64,000 nucleotides of DNA from Candidatus Magasanikiibacteriota bacterium (GCA_023246655.1 JAHFHX010000001.1:28648-92647), one strand, 5' to 3'. Counted from the first letter of the stretch, positions 7,795-17,077 are shown. Translations and numbers: made by a program. Notes: generated from the letters alone by a model not told the origin.

Positions 7795-7862
7795 GAGAGT
7801 GGTTTTCTTGCACCCAAACCCCGCTGTGGCGGGTCGTAATGGGCGCCGCGAAAATCACTCTC
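7795..7862. other. nested stem-loop upstream of the aminotransferase
   Basis: GAGAGTGGTTTTC ... GAAAATCACTCTC enclosing CCCGC-tgtg-GCGGG. Confidence 0.45.
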
Positions 7863-7914
7863 TATTTCGGCCCAAATTAGATAAAAATTAATGATAATTT
7901 AATACCTACCTTAT

Positions 7915-9075
7915 ATGCAATTTTCTTCCTCAATACCTATTGAACCCTCCGCCACCCTTACCATCAATAGTAAGGCTTTGGAAAAAAAAGCTCGGGGGGA
8001 GCGGGTGTACAACCTTAGTGCAGGCGAACCGATGTTAGCACCACACCCAGCAATTGTAGAGGGGGCACTTCAAGCGATGCACGCTGGCAAAACCTTATAC
8101 CCGCCGGTCGCTGGCATACCAGAACTGCGCCAGGCTGCTGCCCAATGGATGCGCACAACGTATGGTACTTGGTTTGAACAAAAAAATACTTTGGTAACGT
8201 GCGGTGGTAAATTTGGTATTTTTGCTTTATTAGAGGCGTATCTACAACCAGGCGATGAGACGTTGATCATTGCGCCGTATTGGGTTTCGTATCCACAACT
8301 TGTCAAATTATTTGGTGGCGTGCCACGAATTATCCAAACCGAAGAAAAGAGTGGTTGGAAAATTTCCATGAGCGAACTTAAAAAGATTGAGACTAAGATT
8401 AAGATTTTGATATTGAATAACGCCGCCAACCCAACTGGTGCTGTGTACACTCGTGAAGAATTAAAGAATATTCTTGGCTGGGCGAAAGAAAAAAATATTA
8501 TCGTCATCTCTGATGAAGTGTATAGCGGCCTGGTGTATGATGGAGCGGAATATGTTTCCTGTGGCTCGTTCCCGGAGCACCAAGACCACGTTATTGTTAT
8601 CCAAAGTTGTTCCAAACATTTTGCCATGACTGGTTGGCGCGTTGGATTTGTATTCGCTCCTGAGGAAGTTATAAAAGTCCTTACCATGCTCCAGAGCCAG
8701 AGCACCACGGGTACGTCATCCATTAGTCAATGGGCAGCATTGGCGGCTTTGGAGCATGCTACGGAGATTATTCCAACTGTTCGCCAAGCTATGGAGCAGA
8801 GGCGTGATATTTTTATTAAGACATTCGCGCAATTATTTGGCATTACTCTATCTGTTCCAGCCTCCGCATTATATATTTTTATTGCTATGCGTCATTTGCA
8901 GTTAACTCATTCCGACTCAGTGCAATTTTGTAGGGAATTGATTGAAAAAGCCAACATTGCCCTGGTACCGGGTGCCGCGTTTGGAGCCGAAGGGTATGTG
9001 CGAGCGTCATTTGGGGCAGATGCGAACGAGCTTTGCGAATCACTGCAGGCCGTGGCAGTTTATTTACAGAAATAA
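7915..9075 (+). CDS. PLP-dependent aminotransferase class I/II (aspartate/aromatic)
   Basis: LSAGEP, NNAANPTG, SDEVY, SCSKHFAMTGWRVG, PGAAFG..GYVRASF. Confidence 0.92.
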   Translation: MQFSSSIPIEPSATLTINSKALEKKARGERVYNLSAGEPMLAPHPAIVEGALQAMHAGKTLYPPVAGIPELRQAAAQWMRTTYGTWFEQKNTLVTCGGKFGIFALLEAYLQPGDETLIIAPYWVSYPQLVKLFGGVPRIIQTEEKSGWKISMSELKKIETKIKILILNNAANPTGAVYTREELKNILGWAKEKNIIVISDEVYSGLVYDGAEYVSCGSFPEHQDHVIVIQSCSKHFAMTGWRVGFVFAPEEVIKVLTMLQSQSTTGTSSISQWAALAALEHATEIIPTVRQAMEQRRDIFIKTFAQLFGITLSVPASALYIFIAMRHLQLTHSDSVQFCRELIEKANIALVPGAAFGAEGYVRASFGADANELCESLQAVAVYLQK

Positions 9076-9083
9076 ATTTGAGG

Positions 9084-9117
9084 AAAAAAATATCCCGACT
9101 CAGTCGGGATATTTTTT
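9084..9117. terminator. bidirectional terminator / palindromic repeat
   Basis: AAAAAAATATCCCGACTCAGTCGGGATATTTTTT between convergent genes. Confidence 0.75.
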
Positions 9118-9214
9118 GTTCCTTTATTGGCAGAAGGATACCAACAAAGGAACGGACGGAACGACGGACTCCGCGCCGAGTTGCGCGGTGTCTGCCGTTC
9201 CGTAGGTGGCGGGG

Positions 9215-9556
9215 CTATGCCCGCAAGCGGTTGCGGCGGCGATACTCCTGCGTGCGCCGCCGAGAATCAATTCGCGCCCAAAGCGACCGGATGGCTTCGA
9301 GCTCCTGCTCTTCGCGCCTGGCGCGCTCAATGCCCTTCCAAATCCTCTCGCGGCGACCGTTGTCGCTCGTCCGCCGGAGCAGGTCGACGAGGTGCATCCG
9401 TCGGCGGTGCACCGCGACGGAGCCGTTGTGCAGGAGATGCTCAATCTCCTGGCGATGTCCAAGACGCAGCGCCGCATGGAGCGGTCTGTGCCCGGGATAG
9501 AGCAACTGGGCGCTACGTATTAGCCGCCCGTAGCGTACGTCATCAAGGACAGGCAT
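9215..9556 (-). CDS. GC-rich, Arg-rich small protein with one ankyrin-like motif
   Basis: AAGGAG SD; GHRPLHAALRLGHRQEIEHLLHNGS aligns without gaps to the ankyrin consensus. Confidence 0.55.
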   Translation of the reverse strand: MPVLDDVRYGRLIRSAQLLYPGHRPLHAALRLGHRQEIEHLLHNGSVAVHRRRMHLVDLLRRTSDNGRRERIWKGIERARREEQELEAIRSLWARIDSRRRTQEYRRRNRLRA

Positions 9557-9733
9557 TCGCCTTCTCCTTGTTCAATTTTTGTTGTGTGCTCCGCGCACTT
9601 TTTACATCCCTAGGTTCCCAGGATGGCTAGCTGTTCTACACGGGGTAGACACGGAGTTGGCTAGCAAAGCAAAACACGCCACTCTACTAGTCCTTCAAAG
9701 TACTATTAGGGTAGTTTGTCTTAACCTTGGCCT

Positions 9734-9763
9734 AGCTTAGCAGAAAGTAGTTGGCTTTGTCAA
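9734..9763 (-). promoter_or_regulatory. sigma70-type promoter of the 9215-9556 unit
   Basis: TTGACA-N18-TAAGCT with TG extension. Confidence 0.5.
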
Positions 9764-9818
9764 TAAAACGCCAATATGTTAGGATAACTCTTACTAAACC
9801 TTACGTAAGGTACATTTT

Positions 9819-10922
9819 GTGTTTAAACCATTTTCTTATCAATTTTACCGCACCACTAAAGAAGCTTGGGATGCTATGTATCAGGCTATTTTGGATGCGA
9901 CTAAATCTATTTATTGGGAAATTTATATTTTTATTGATGACGAGGCTGGAGGTAGGTTTATTGATGCGTTGTGTGACAAAGCTCGGGCTGGGGTTGAGGT
10001 AAAAATTGTGGTCGATGCTTTGGGTAGTTGGGGGTTGTCGAGCTTAGCGGAAGCGCGCCTAACCGGGGCGGGGGTAGAGGTACTTAAATATAATCGTTTG
10101 CACCCAGAATTAGCTTTGGGTCGTTGGTTTAATCGTCTGTGGCGGCGTAATCATCGTAAACTGCTTATTCTTGATGAAGAGGTCGCTTTTATTGGCGGAG
10201 TGAATGTCGAATCAAAATCTTTACTATGGAATGATTTATTTCTTAAACTTACGGGAGTCGTTGTTTGGCCACTCTTAAAGAGTTTTGCCAAAACATACGT
10301 GGCCGCGGGAGGTGATCGTCGCCGTGTGCGTCATTTGCGTCGATCACGTTTGCCGGAAGGGTTAGAAACGTTGCAGCGAAAAATTGAGTTTATTATTCAT
10401 TCGCCGTTTGGGAATAATCGTTCGCTGGTACGTAAGATGTATTACCGGAGTATTGCGGTGGCCAAAGAAAGTATTAATGTGTTGACGCCTTATTTTGTTC
10501 CAGATCGAGCCCTGATTCGATTGTTGACTCAAGCGCGTCGGCGGGGTGTAAAAATTAATTTGTTTTTACCGCAACGGCCGGATCACCAAATTATGGAATG
10601 GATTGCGCGCGCTTATTATGGCATTGTCCACCGTGCCGGAGTAAACATTTTTTTATCCAAAAAAATGAACCATGGCAAGGCCATGACCATTGATAATAAA
10701 TCCGGTTTTGTAGGGAGCTCTAACATAACCCCGCGAAGCTGGTTTATTAACGAAGAGGCTGGGGTATATTTTGACGATGCGGAGATGGCTGAGGAGTTGA
10801 ATACACTTTTTGCTCAATGGCAAACCGAAGCCGAGCCGCTTAATTTGGAACGCTGGAAAAAACGGGGGTGGCGGAGCAAAGCAAAGGAATGGTGGGCGAA
10901 GAAGATTGAGAAATATGTTTGA
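9819..10922 (+). CDS. cls: phospholipase D family / cardiolipin synthase (ClsB-like)
   Basis: Two HKD motifs: HRKLLILD and HGKAMTID; TPYFVP. Confidence 0.88.
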   Translation: MFKPFSYQFYRTTKEAWDAMYQAILDATKSIYWEIYIFIDDEAGGRFIDALCDKARAGVEVKIVVDALGSWGLSSLAEARLTGAGVEVLKYNRLHPELALGRWFNRLWRRNHRKLLILDEEVAFIGGVNVESKSLLWNDLFLKLTGVVVWPLLKSFAKTYVAAGGDRRRVRHLRRSRLPEGLETLQRKIEFIIHSPFGNNRSLVRKMYYRSIAVAKESINVLTPYFVPDRALIRLLTQARRRGVKINLFLPQRPDHQIMEWIARAYYGIVHRAGVNIFLSKKMNHGKAMTIDNKSGFVGSSNITPRSWFINEEAGVYFDDAEMAEELNTLFAQWQTEAEPLNLERWKKRGWRSKAKEWWAKKIEKYV

Positions 10923-10990
10923 CGGGATAGCACGAATTCCCGACCCAGTCGGGACACGAATAACACAAATCAATTCGTGATATTCGTGGA

Positions 10991-11026
10991 CCCGCCTCCC
11001 ACGCTAGCGCTAGCGTGGGAGGCGGG
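10991..11026. repeat. perfect 36-bp palindrome
   Basis: CCCGCCTCCCACGCTAGC|GCTAGCGTGGGAGGCGGG. Confidence 0.85.
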
Positions 11027-11044
11027 CCTCGAGCCCATTCATGT

Positions 11045-12349
11045 ATGTTAGAAGAAAAAAGATTACAATCAAATACTCCTTTAGCCGAGCGAATGAGACC
11101 TTGTTCATTTAACGAGTTTGTTGGTCAAGTCGATATAGTTGGGGAAGGGAAGCTCTTGCGCAAACTCATTGAGAATGATGAATTGTCCTCAATTATTTTT
11201 TGGGGTCCGCCGGGAGTAGGAAAGACTACGCTAGCGCGTATTATTGCAGAAGAGACGAAGGCGCGGTTTGTGGCGTTGTCCGGAGTGATGAGTGGGAAAG
11301 ATGATTTGCGGAAAGTGATTGAAGAAGCGCAAAGTGGAAAATCACAAATCCCAATTTCCAATGACCAAATAAATTCCAAATTCCGAGTTCCAAATCAAAC
11401 CCGGACCATTCTCTTTATTGATGAAATTCACCGCTGGAATAAGGCGCAGCAAGATGCACTGCTCCCCTATGTGGAACAGGGAATTGTGACGCTTATTGGC
11501 GCTACGACCGAGAATCCGTCGTTTGAGATTATTGGCGCGTTATTATCTCGATCGCGAGTGTTTATTTTGAAGTATTTGACGACCGAGAATATTGTTGTGC
11601 TCTTGAAGCGGGCGCTCGCCGATAAAGAAAGGGGATTAGGAAATTATAAGATTGAGATTGAGAATGAGACTTTGGAAATACTCGCGGAGCTTGCGGGTGG
11701 GGATGCGCGGGTGGCTTTGAATGGGCTCGAGTTGGCATTTAAATCGAAAGTCGGAAAGTCCGTAAAGTCTCTAAAGTCACCAATTGTAATTACAAATCAG
11801 GAAATAAAACAAGCGTTGCAGCGAACACATTTAGTGTTCGATAAAAAAGGTGAAGAATTTTATAACCTCATCTCCGCACTCCACAAATCCATGCGGGGGA
11901 GTGATCCCAATGCCTCGCTTTATTGGCTCGCACGAATGCTCGAGGGTGGTGCTGATCCTTTGTACGTCGCTCGTCGTATCCTGCGGTTTGCGAGTGAAGA
12001 TATTGGTATGGCCAATAGCGAAGCTATGATACAAGCGAATGCAGCGTATGATGCTTGCCACAAAATTGGGATGCCAGAGTGCACGGTGCATTTGGCTCAG
12101 GCAGTGGTATACTGTGCCAAATCCGCAAAATCAAATTTGTTATATAAAGCCTATCAGGCAGCAGCGAAGGATGCTCGAGAAACTTCTCAACTTGGGGTGC
12201 CAATTCATTTGCGCAACGCACCGGCAAAATTTATGGAGGAGATTGGATATGGAAAAGACTATAAGTATAATCCGGATTATGATGAACCGATAGAACAGGA
12301 TTATATGCCGGAGGAGTTGAGAGGAAGAAACTATCTTAAGAAGAAATAA
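11045..12349 (+). CDS. rarA: replication-associated recombination protein A (MgsA/RarA AAA+)
   Basis: PLAERMRP, WGPPGVGKTT, FIDEIHRWNKAQQDALLP, GATTENPSF, ISALHKSMRGSD. Confidence 0.96.
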   Translation: MLEEKRLQSNTPLAERMRPCSFNEFVGQVDIVGEGKLLRKLIENDELSSIIFWGPPGVGKTTLARIIAEETKARFVALSGVMSGKDDLRKVIEEAQSGKSQIPISNDQINSKFRVPNQTRTILFIDEIHRWNKAQQDALLPYVEQGIVTLIGATTENPSFEIIGALLSRSRVFILKYLTTENIVVLLKRALADKERGLGNYKIEIENETLEILAELAGGDARVALNGLELAFKSKVGKSVKSLKSPIVITNQEIKQALQRTHLVFDKKGEEFYNLISALHKSMRGSDPNASLYWLARMLEGGADPLYVARRILRFASEDIGMANSEAMIQANAAYDACHKIGMPECTVHLAQAVVYCAKSAKSNLLYKAYQAAAKDARETSQLGVPIHLRNAPAKFMEEIGYGKDYKYNPDYDEPIEQDYMPEELRGRNYLKKK

Positions 12350-12408
12350 CAAAATTCTAATGTACGAGTTATGCTAATTAACCTCTTTCATTTTAGCCAA
12401 AAAACACT

Positions 12409-12547
12409 TGTCATTCCGAATCCCCGTCGCAGGGGTGAGGAATCTCTGTCTCAATCAACCAACGACGGACAGAGAGATCCCTCCCGCCAGAGGCGGGCAG
12501 GCCTCGCGCTGTGTCCGCCTTTGGCGGAAGGCTTGCTCGGGATGACA
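12409..12547. repeat. TGTCATTCCG...GGGATGACA palindromic element with internal CCGCC/GGCGG hairpins
   Basis: Terminal inverted repeats, GAATCTC/GAGATCC inner arms. Confidence 0.7.
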
Positions 12548-12640
12548 AAACGGTATTTGAGCCAAATTTAGGGAAAATTAATTAGCACAACTCGTGCATT
12601 GGGGTTTAAACATTTTATTAGATATTAGGAATTAGGTGAA

Positions 12641-13657
12641 TTAGAAATCTTTAACGCTAATTTTTCTCTCCTCCCTCTCCCCATGCTCCAACGCAATCTT
12701 AATCACCCGTTTCCTTTTTAACAATCCCTCAATTTTCTCCGGCCATTCTACAATCGTCACGGTGTCTAACTGGCCCAAGTAGTCTTCTACGCCAATATTG
12801 AGCAATTCCTGCTCGTTTTTTAACCGGTACGTGTCGATATGTACCAACCTGTTAATTGTTAATTGTTTATTATTAATTTGGTACACATTCATTAGCGTAA
12901 ACGTCGGACTGGTAATTTCTTCTTGCACTCCTAACCCTGCCGCAATTCCTTTCACCAGGGTCGTTTTTCCCGCACCCAGTTCGCCGTAGAGACAGACAAC
13001 ATCCCCGGCTCGTAATTCGGTAGCGATTTTGGTTCCAACATTTCTAGTCTCTTGATCGGAGTGAGTGGTAAAAATTCTGCCATTTTTTTTCCGCTCTGAC
13101 CTTAAAACAAGTATAGCGATAGTGCCACTGATGCCAACCATTGCGAGAGGATAGATAGCGACAGCAAAATTCCATTGATTAATGGCAGCAAGGTTAAGCA
13201 AATTACCCAAGAAGAATAATGCCCAGGGCAAACGCCTCTCTCCTGTTGGATTGAGATATACTTTTTTTACCGTGGGGAGAGCTCCTAAACAATCAATGAA
13301 TAGATTCACCAGGAGCGCGGATAACGGTGAGCGAGTCGCTGCCCAGAGAGGGATACTTAGGGCACTCCCGGCAAGGCACCAGCGATCTAATCGTGCCCAG
13401 CCACCTTCACCATACCACAGTGACGCCAGAAACACAGCGCCGATACCAATGACATCTCCAAGCGGAACCCAAATGGTTTCATGTTGCGGTGTGGAGTAAT
13501 AATAACTGGAGAGTAAGAGTAATGATTCTAACATCCAAATTCCCCACCCTGCCCGATTCGGTCGCATTTGTTGGCGTACGGTAGCAAAAAAATAGGTGCT
13601 AAGCGCTATGAGATTCAAAATACCAGCTGCGATACCAATAATTGTTTTTGTTTCCAT
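12641..13657 (-). CDS. tsaE: multi-TM membrane domain fused to TsaE (t6A biosynthesis ATPase)
   Basis: C-terminal LYGELGAGKTT, ITSPTF, HIDTYRL, IVEWPEK; N-terminal ~185 aa hydrophobic. Confidence 0.85.
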   Translation of the reverse strand: METKTIIGIAAGILNLIALSTYFFATVRQQMRPNRAGWGIWMLESLLLLSSYYYSTPQHETIWVPLGDVIGIGAVFLASLWYGEGGWARLDRWCLAGSALSIPLWAATRSPLSALLVNLFIDCLGALPTVKKVYLNPTGERRLPWALFFLGNLLNLAAINQWNFAVAIYPLAMVGISGTIAILVLRSERKKNGRIFTTHSDQETRNVGTKIATELRAGDVVCLYGELGAGKTTLVKGIAAGLGVQEEITSPTFTLMNVYQINNKQLTINRLVHIDTYRLKNEQELLNIGVEDYLGQLDTVTIVEWPEKIEGLLKRKRVIKIALEHGEREERKISVKDF

Positions 13658-13742
13658 GCAAATTTTTGTAAAAGAATAAGAAATTTGTACCTTTTTAATA
13701 CAGAAAAGTCAAGTTTTAAATTTAATACTAGATAGCCGCAAT

Positions 13743-13773
13743 AAAAACATCCCGACTTAGTCGGGATGTTTTT
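13743..13773. terminator. palindromic repeat / bidirectional terminator
   Basis: AAAAACATCCCGACTTAGTCGGGATGTTTTT. Confidence 0.75.
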
Positions 13774-13775
13774 AA

Positions 13776-13835
13776 TTTTTTTCTCCTCGACTCTCCAGAA
13801 TCGTCCATTGCACAACTCTGGAGATTGGTCGAGGA
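13776..13835. repeat. 60-nt hairpin, copy 1
   Basis: Identical to 14667-14726; CTCCTCGAC-TCTCCAGA...TCTGGAGA-ttg-GTCGAGGA. Confidence 0.9.
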
Positions 13836-13865
13836 GAAGCAGAGGTGCCCGCGGCGCGGTTGCGT

Positions 13866-14147
13866 TCAGAGGATGATGATGTAGAAGGTTGTGGTGCGGG
13901 GCGGCACATCGCAGTCCCTTGCGTCCGCTGCTGTGCGGGACAAGAGCAGGACGACATTTGCTAGTTCCGTCAGCGCCCAGCTTGCGGGGGAGAACACCGT
14001 GTCGCGGCATCCTCCATCATTTTCCCGCCAGCCAATGCCGGGGCCATCTGTGTTTGAGCCACTGTATTCCACTTTGCCGATGACCCTGCGGCCATCGGCG
14101 TGAATTTCGATGATCATGCAGCCGGGCAGAACCTTGCCGAGTTCCAT
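13866..14147 (-). CDS. GC-rich hypothetical protein (93 aa)
   Basis: AAAGGAG SD; promoter TTTACA-N17-TATGGT at 14172-14200. Confidence 0.65.
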   Translation of the reverse strand: MELGKVLPGCMIIEIHADGRRVIGKVEYSGSNTDGPGIGWRENDGGCRDTVFSPASWALTELANVVLLLSRTAADARDCDVPPRTTTFYIIIL

Positions 14148-14255
14148 TTTTGGAATCTCCTTTCATCTCGCACCATAGCAAAGAGAGAAAGATTTGTAAA
14201 GGGTTAATCAAGTGGACCATTGACAGTCATCAGAATAGCCGGGTATACTACTACC

Positions 14256-14621
14256 ATGAATAAATCAGATTTTAAAAAAGAAGATTTGGACAAAGTGGTA
14301 ACGCTCGGCGTACTTTTGGAATACACCGACGAGTTTTTAATTCCTCGTTTTGCCGATGTTGTGAAAGAAATTGTTCCTTCGATTATTAAAGAATTAGTTC
14401 CACCAATGATTAAAGAAGCTAATGGCCAACTTACCCATGAGTTAAAAGTCTATATTGATGAAAAACTGGCTGATTATAGCTCCGATATTTTTAAACGCCT
14501 TGATAAAAAATACGAGAAAGAAAAACAGTTTAAAGAAAAAGTGGTTCAATTATTTAAGAAACATAAAATCGGTTCACCGGAAGACGTGGCCTTCTTAGAA
14601 GGGTTAGTGCAGGGAAGCTGA
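14256..14621 (+). CDS. hypothetical helical protein (probable paralog of 28414-28728)
   Basis: TTGACA-N18-TATACT 6 nt before ATG (leaderless); YIDEKLAD motif. Confidence 0.75.
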   Translation: MNKSDFKKEDLDKVVTLGVLLEYTDEFLIPRFADVVKEIVPSIIKELVPPMIKEANGQLTHELKVYIDEKLADYSSDIFKRLDKKYEKEKQFKEKVVQLFKKHKIGSPEDVAFLEGLVQGS

Positions 14622-14666
14622 TGATAATTTCAGAAGAACAAAAAACATCCCCATTGAATCGGGATG

Positions 14667-14726
14667 TTTTTTTCTCCTCGACTCTCCAGAATCGTCCATT
14701 GCACAACTCTGGAGATTGGTCGAGGA
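14667..14726. repeat. 60-nt hairpin, copy 2
   Basis: Identical to 13776-13835; preceded by a variant AAAAACATCCC...GGGATGTTTT palindrome. Confidence 0.9.
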
Positions 14727-14764
14727 AGGGGGTGAGGGGGGGGCACGAGACACGTGCTGGCTTG

Positions 14765-15073
14765 CTAAAAAAACTCAGCCGCCTCGAGCCCGAAAATGGC
14801 ATCCACGAGCCAGGCCCAGCCGGTGGGTTCGGGCGGGAGCCAAACAGCCATCATCCGCCCTGTGCGGCTTAGCCGGAATTCCGTCCCGGCGGTGCCTCCC
14901 TGATAGACCTCGATGAGCGCCGCCTGCATCAGCTTGTAGCTGACTTTAGCGGCGCGCCGTTTACCCACGGCTTGCGTCGTGCGGCGGATGAACTCCGCCG
15001 TGTCGAGGCTGTCGTCGGGTGGGATAGTGAGCAGATCCCGCAGGATCGCTCGGTGCGGTTTTCTCAGTTTCAT
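14765..15073 (-). CDS. GC-rich small protein, possible winged helix
   Basis: GGAGG SD; AILRDL...LMQAALIEV...FRLSRTGR pattern resembles wHTH. Confidence 0.6.
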   Translation of the reverse strand: MKLRKPHRAILRDLLTIPPDDSLDTAEFIRRTTQAVGKRRAAKVSYKLMQAALIEVYQGGTAGTEFRLSRTGRMMAVWLPPEPTGWAWLVDAIFGLEAAEFF

Positions 15074-15159
15074 TGCAAGACCTCCAATAGGTAGTCAAGA
15101 GGATTATCGAATTATTGTCAATAGTTGATTTAACTAGTCTTTTTCTGTATACTATTTTT

Positions 15160-15447
15160 ATGACTCTATCAATTGAAGAAGTTCGTAAAATTGCTCAATT
15201 GGCCCGAATCGAGCTTACGCCGGAGGAACTTGCTCGCCACGCCGAAACTATGTCGGCGGTTTTAGATTATATGAACATTTTAAATGAGGTGGATACTACA
15301 GGTGTTGAACCTACGTTTCAGGTTACGGGTCTTGAGAACGTGTATCGAGACGACGAAGTGGTTGAATGTAAACTGCGTGATAGACTCCTCAAGCAGATGC
15401 CAGAGGTGGAGATGGAGGAATTGGTTGTTCCCGGTGTTTTTGATTAG
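15160..15447 (+). CDS. gatC: Asp/Glu-tRNA amidotransferase subunit C
   Basis: EEVRKIAQLARIEL...LNEVDTTGVEPT; directly before gatA. Confidence 0.93.
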   Translation: MTLSIEEVRKIAQLARIELTPEELARHAETMSAVLDYMNILNEVDTTGVEPTFQVTGLENVYRDDEVVECKLRDRLLKQMPEVEMEELVVPGVFD

Positions 15448-15450
15448 CAC

Positions 15451-15564
15451 TGTCATTGCGAGGAGTGAACTTCGCAGTGAACGACGAAGCAATCCCCCTT
15501 TTTGTGAGAAAGTTGGTGGCGCAATAAGGGGGATTGCCGCGTCGCTTCGCTCCTCGCAATGACA
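15451..15564. repeat. TGTCATTGCGAG...CTCGCAATGACA palindromic element
   Basis: Terminal inverted repeats plus GCAATCCCC/GGGGATTGC; relatives at 21746 and 59169. Confidence 0.85.
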
Positions 15565-15570
15565 AATACT

Positions 15571-17013
15571 ATGAATCTGAACGAACTGACAGTTACCCAA
15601 GCCGCTGAAGGCTTGCGAAAAAAAGAATTTACCTCGGTTAAACTCACCGAGGCTTGTTTGGCACGCATCAACAAGCGTAACAAAGATATTAACGCCTTTA
15701 TTACCGTATGTGATGAGTCGGCAATCAGCGAAGCTAAAAAAGCAGACGAAATGATCGCCCGCGGCGAAGCAAGGCCGCTCACCGGTATTCCATTTGCCGT
15801 CAAAGACGCTATTTGTACTGCCGACGTTCGCTCGACTGGCTCGGCCAAGATTTTAGATAATTACACACCACCCTACGACGCCACGGTCATTAAGAAAATT
15901 CGCGATCAGGGTGGCGTATTAATTGGCAAAAATAATTGCGATGCGTTTGGCCATGGGGCGAGTAATGAAAATAGCATGTACGGGCCGGTGAGGAATCCTC
16001 ACGACCTGACCAAAGTGGCGGGCGGCTCCAGCGGTGGATCGGCTGCGGCAGTAGCAGATAATATGTGCGTCTACGCCATCGCGGAAGATACCGGCGGTTC
16101 AATTCGTTACCCGGCAAGTTTTTGCGGGGTCGTTGGCATGCGTCCTAGCTACGGCCGCAATTCACGCTACGGCATTATGCCGATGGCTTCGTCGCTCGAT
16201 ACCGTAGGCCCTATGACGAAGACCGTTGAAGATATGGCCCTGGTTATGGAATGTATAGCTGGTTCTGATCCGCTCGACGCCACCACAGTACCAGATGCTG
16301 TTCCCGCGTATCATACGGGAATTAAGAATGAAGAATTAAGAATGAAGAATTTGCGAATTGGTGTCCCACGAGAGTACTTTGAAATCGAAGGGATGGATGA
16401 GGAAGTGAGGACGATCACGGATGAAAAGATTGAAAGATTAAAAGATTTGGGGTGTAAAATTGTTGATGTGAGTTTGCCGCATACGAAATACGCGATTGCG
16501 GTCTATTATATTATTGTCCCGAGCGAAGATAGCTCAAATTTAGCGCGGCTTGATGGAATTCGCTATGGCGTGCGCAACACCGAAGGGCGAACGCTGTATG
16601 ATATGTATGCCAAGTCACGTCGCTTTGGGTTTCCAGAAGAAGTAAAACGCCGCATCCTTATTGGTACCTATGCTTTGTCAGCCGGGTATTATGATGCTTA
16701 TTATAAAAAAGCCCAACAAGTGCGCACCCTTATTAAAAAAGATTTTGATGAAGTCTTTCAAAAAGTCGACGTACTCATTACACCAACGTCGCCATTTCCT
16801 CCCTTTGCCATTGGTGACAAAGTGAGCGATCCTTTAGCGATGTATTTAGCCGATGTTATGGTTGGCCCAGCCGCGGTGGCAGGGATTCCGGCAATTTCAG
16901 TTCCCGGAGGGAAAACAAAAACCGGACTTCCAATTGGTGTGCAGATTATTGGAGCAAGGATGAGCGAAGGGACAGTGATGAATATTGGGTACTGGTTGGA
17001 AAAATCCAAATAA
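15571..17013 (+). CDS. gatA: Asp/Glu-tRNA amidotransferase subunit A
   Basis: Amidase signature GGSSGGSAAAVA, DTGGSIRYPASFCG, EVKRRILIGTYALSAGYYDAYY. Confidence 0.97.
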   Translation: MNLNELTVTQAAEGLRKKEFTSVKLTEACLARINKRNKDINAFITVCDESAISEAKKADEMIARGEARPLTGIPFAVKDAICTADVRSTGSAKILDNYTPPYDATVIKKIRDQGGVLIGKNNCDAFGHGASNENSMYGPVRNPHDLTKVAGGSSGGSAAAVADNMCVYAIAEDTGGSIRYPASFCGVVGMRPSYGRNSRYGIMPMASSLDTVGPMTKTVEDMALVMECIAGSDPLDATTVPDAVPAYHTGIKNEELRMKNLRIGVPREYFEIEGMDEEVRTITDEKIERLKDLGCKIVDVSLPHTKYAIAVYYIIVPSEDSSNLARLDGIRYGVRNTEGRTLYDMYAKSRRFGFPEEVKRRILIGTYALSAGYYDAYYKKAQQVRTLIKKDFDEVFQKVDVLITPTSPFPPFAIGDKVSDPLAMYLADVMVGPAAVAGIPAISVPGGKTKTGLPIGVQIIGARMSEGTVMNIGYWLEKSK

Positions 17014-17077
17014 CAAATTTGATACTGTGATTTTGAATTTGATTTGATATTTGTAATTTGAGTTTTGTAATTTTTTT

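Noticed and set aside
9033-9630. Overlapping + strand ORFs of 105-167 aa
   Set aside because: Products of high GC; only the minus-strand 9215-9556 frame has a clear SD and promoter
13743-14726. CRISPR array or classical integron
   Set aside because: Only two copies about 890 bp apart; no cas or intI gene and no attC core boxes
15280-15848. ORFs containing CHCEERSDAAI / VIARSE
   Set aside because: Translations of the GTCATTGCGAG palindromic repeat, not genes
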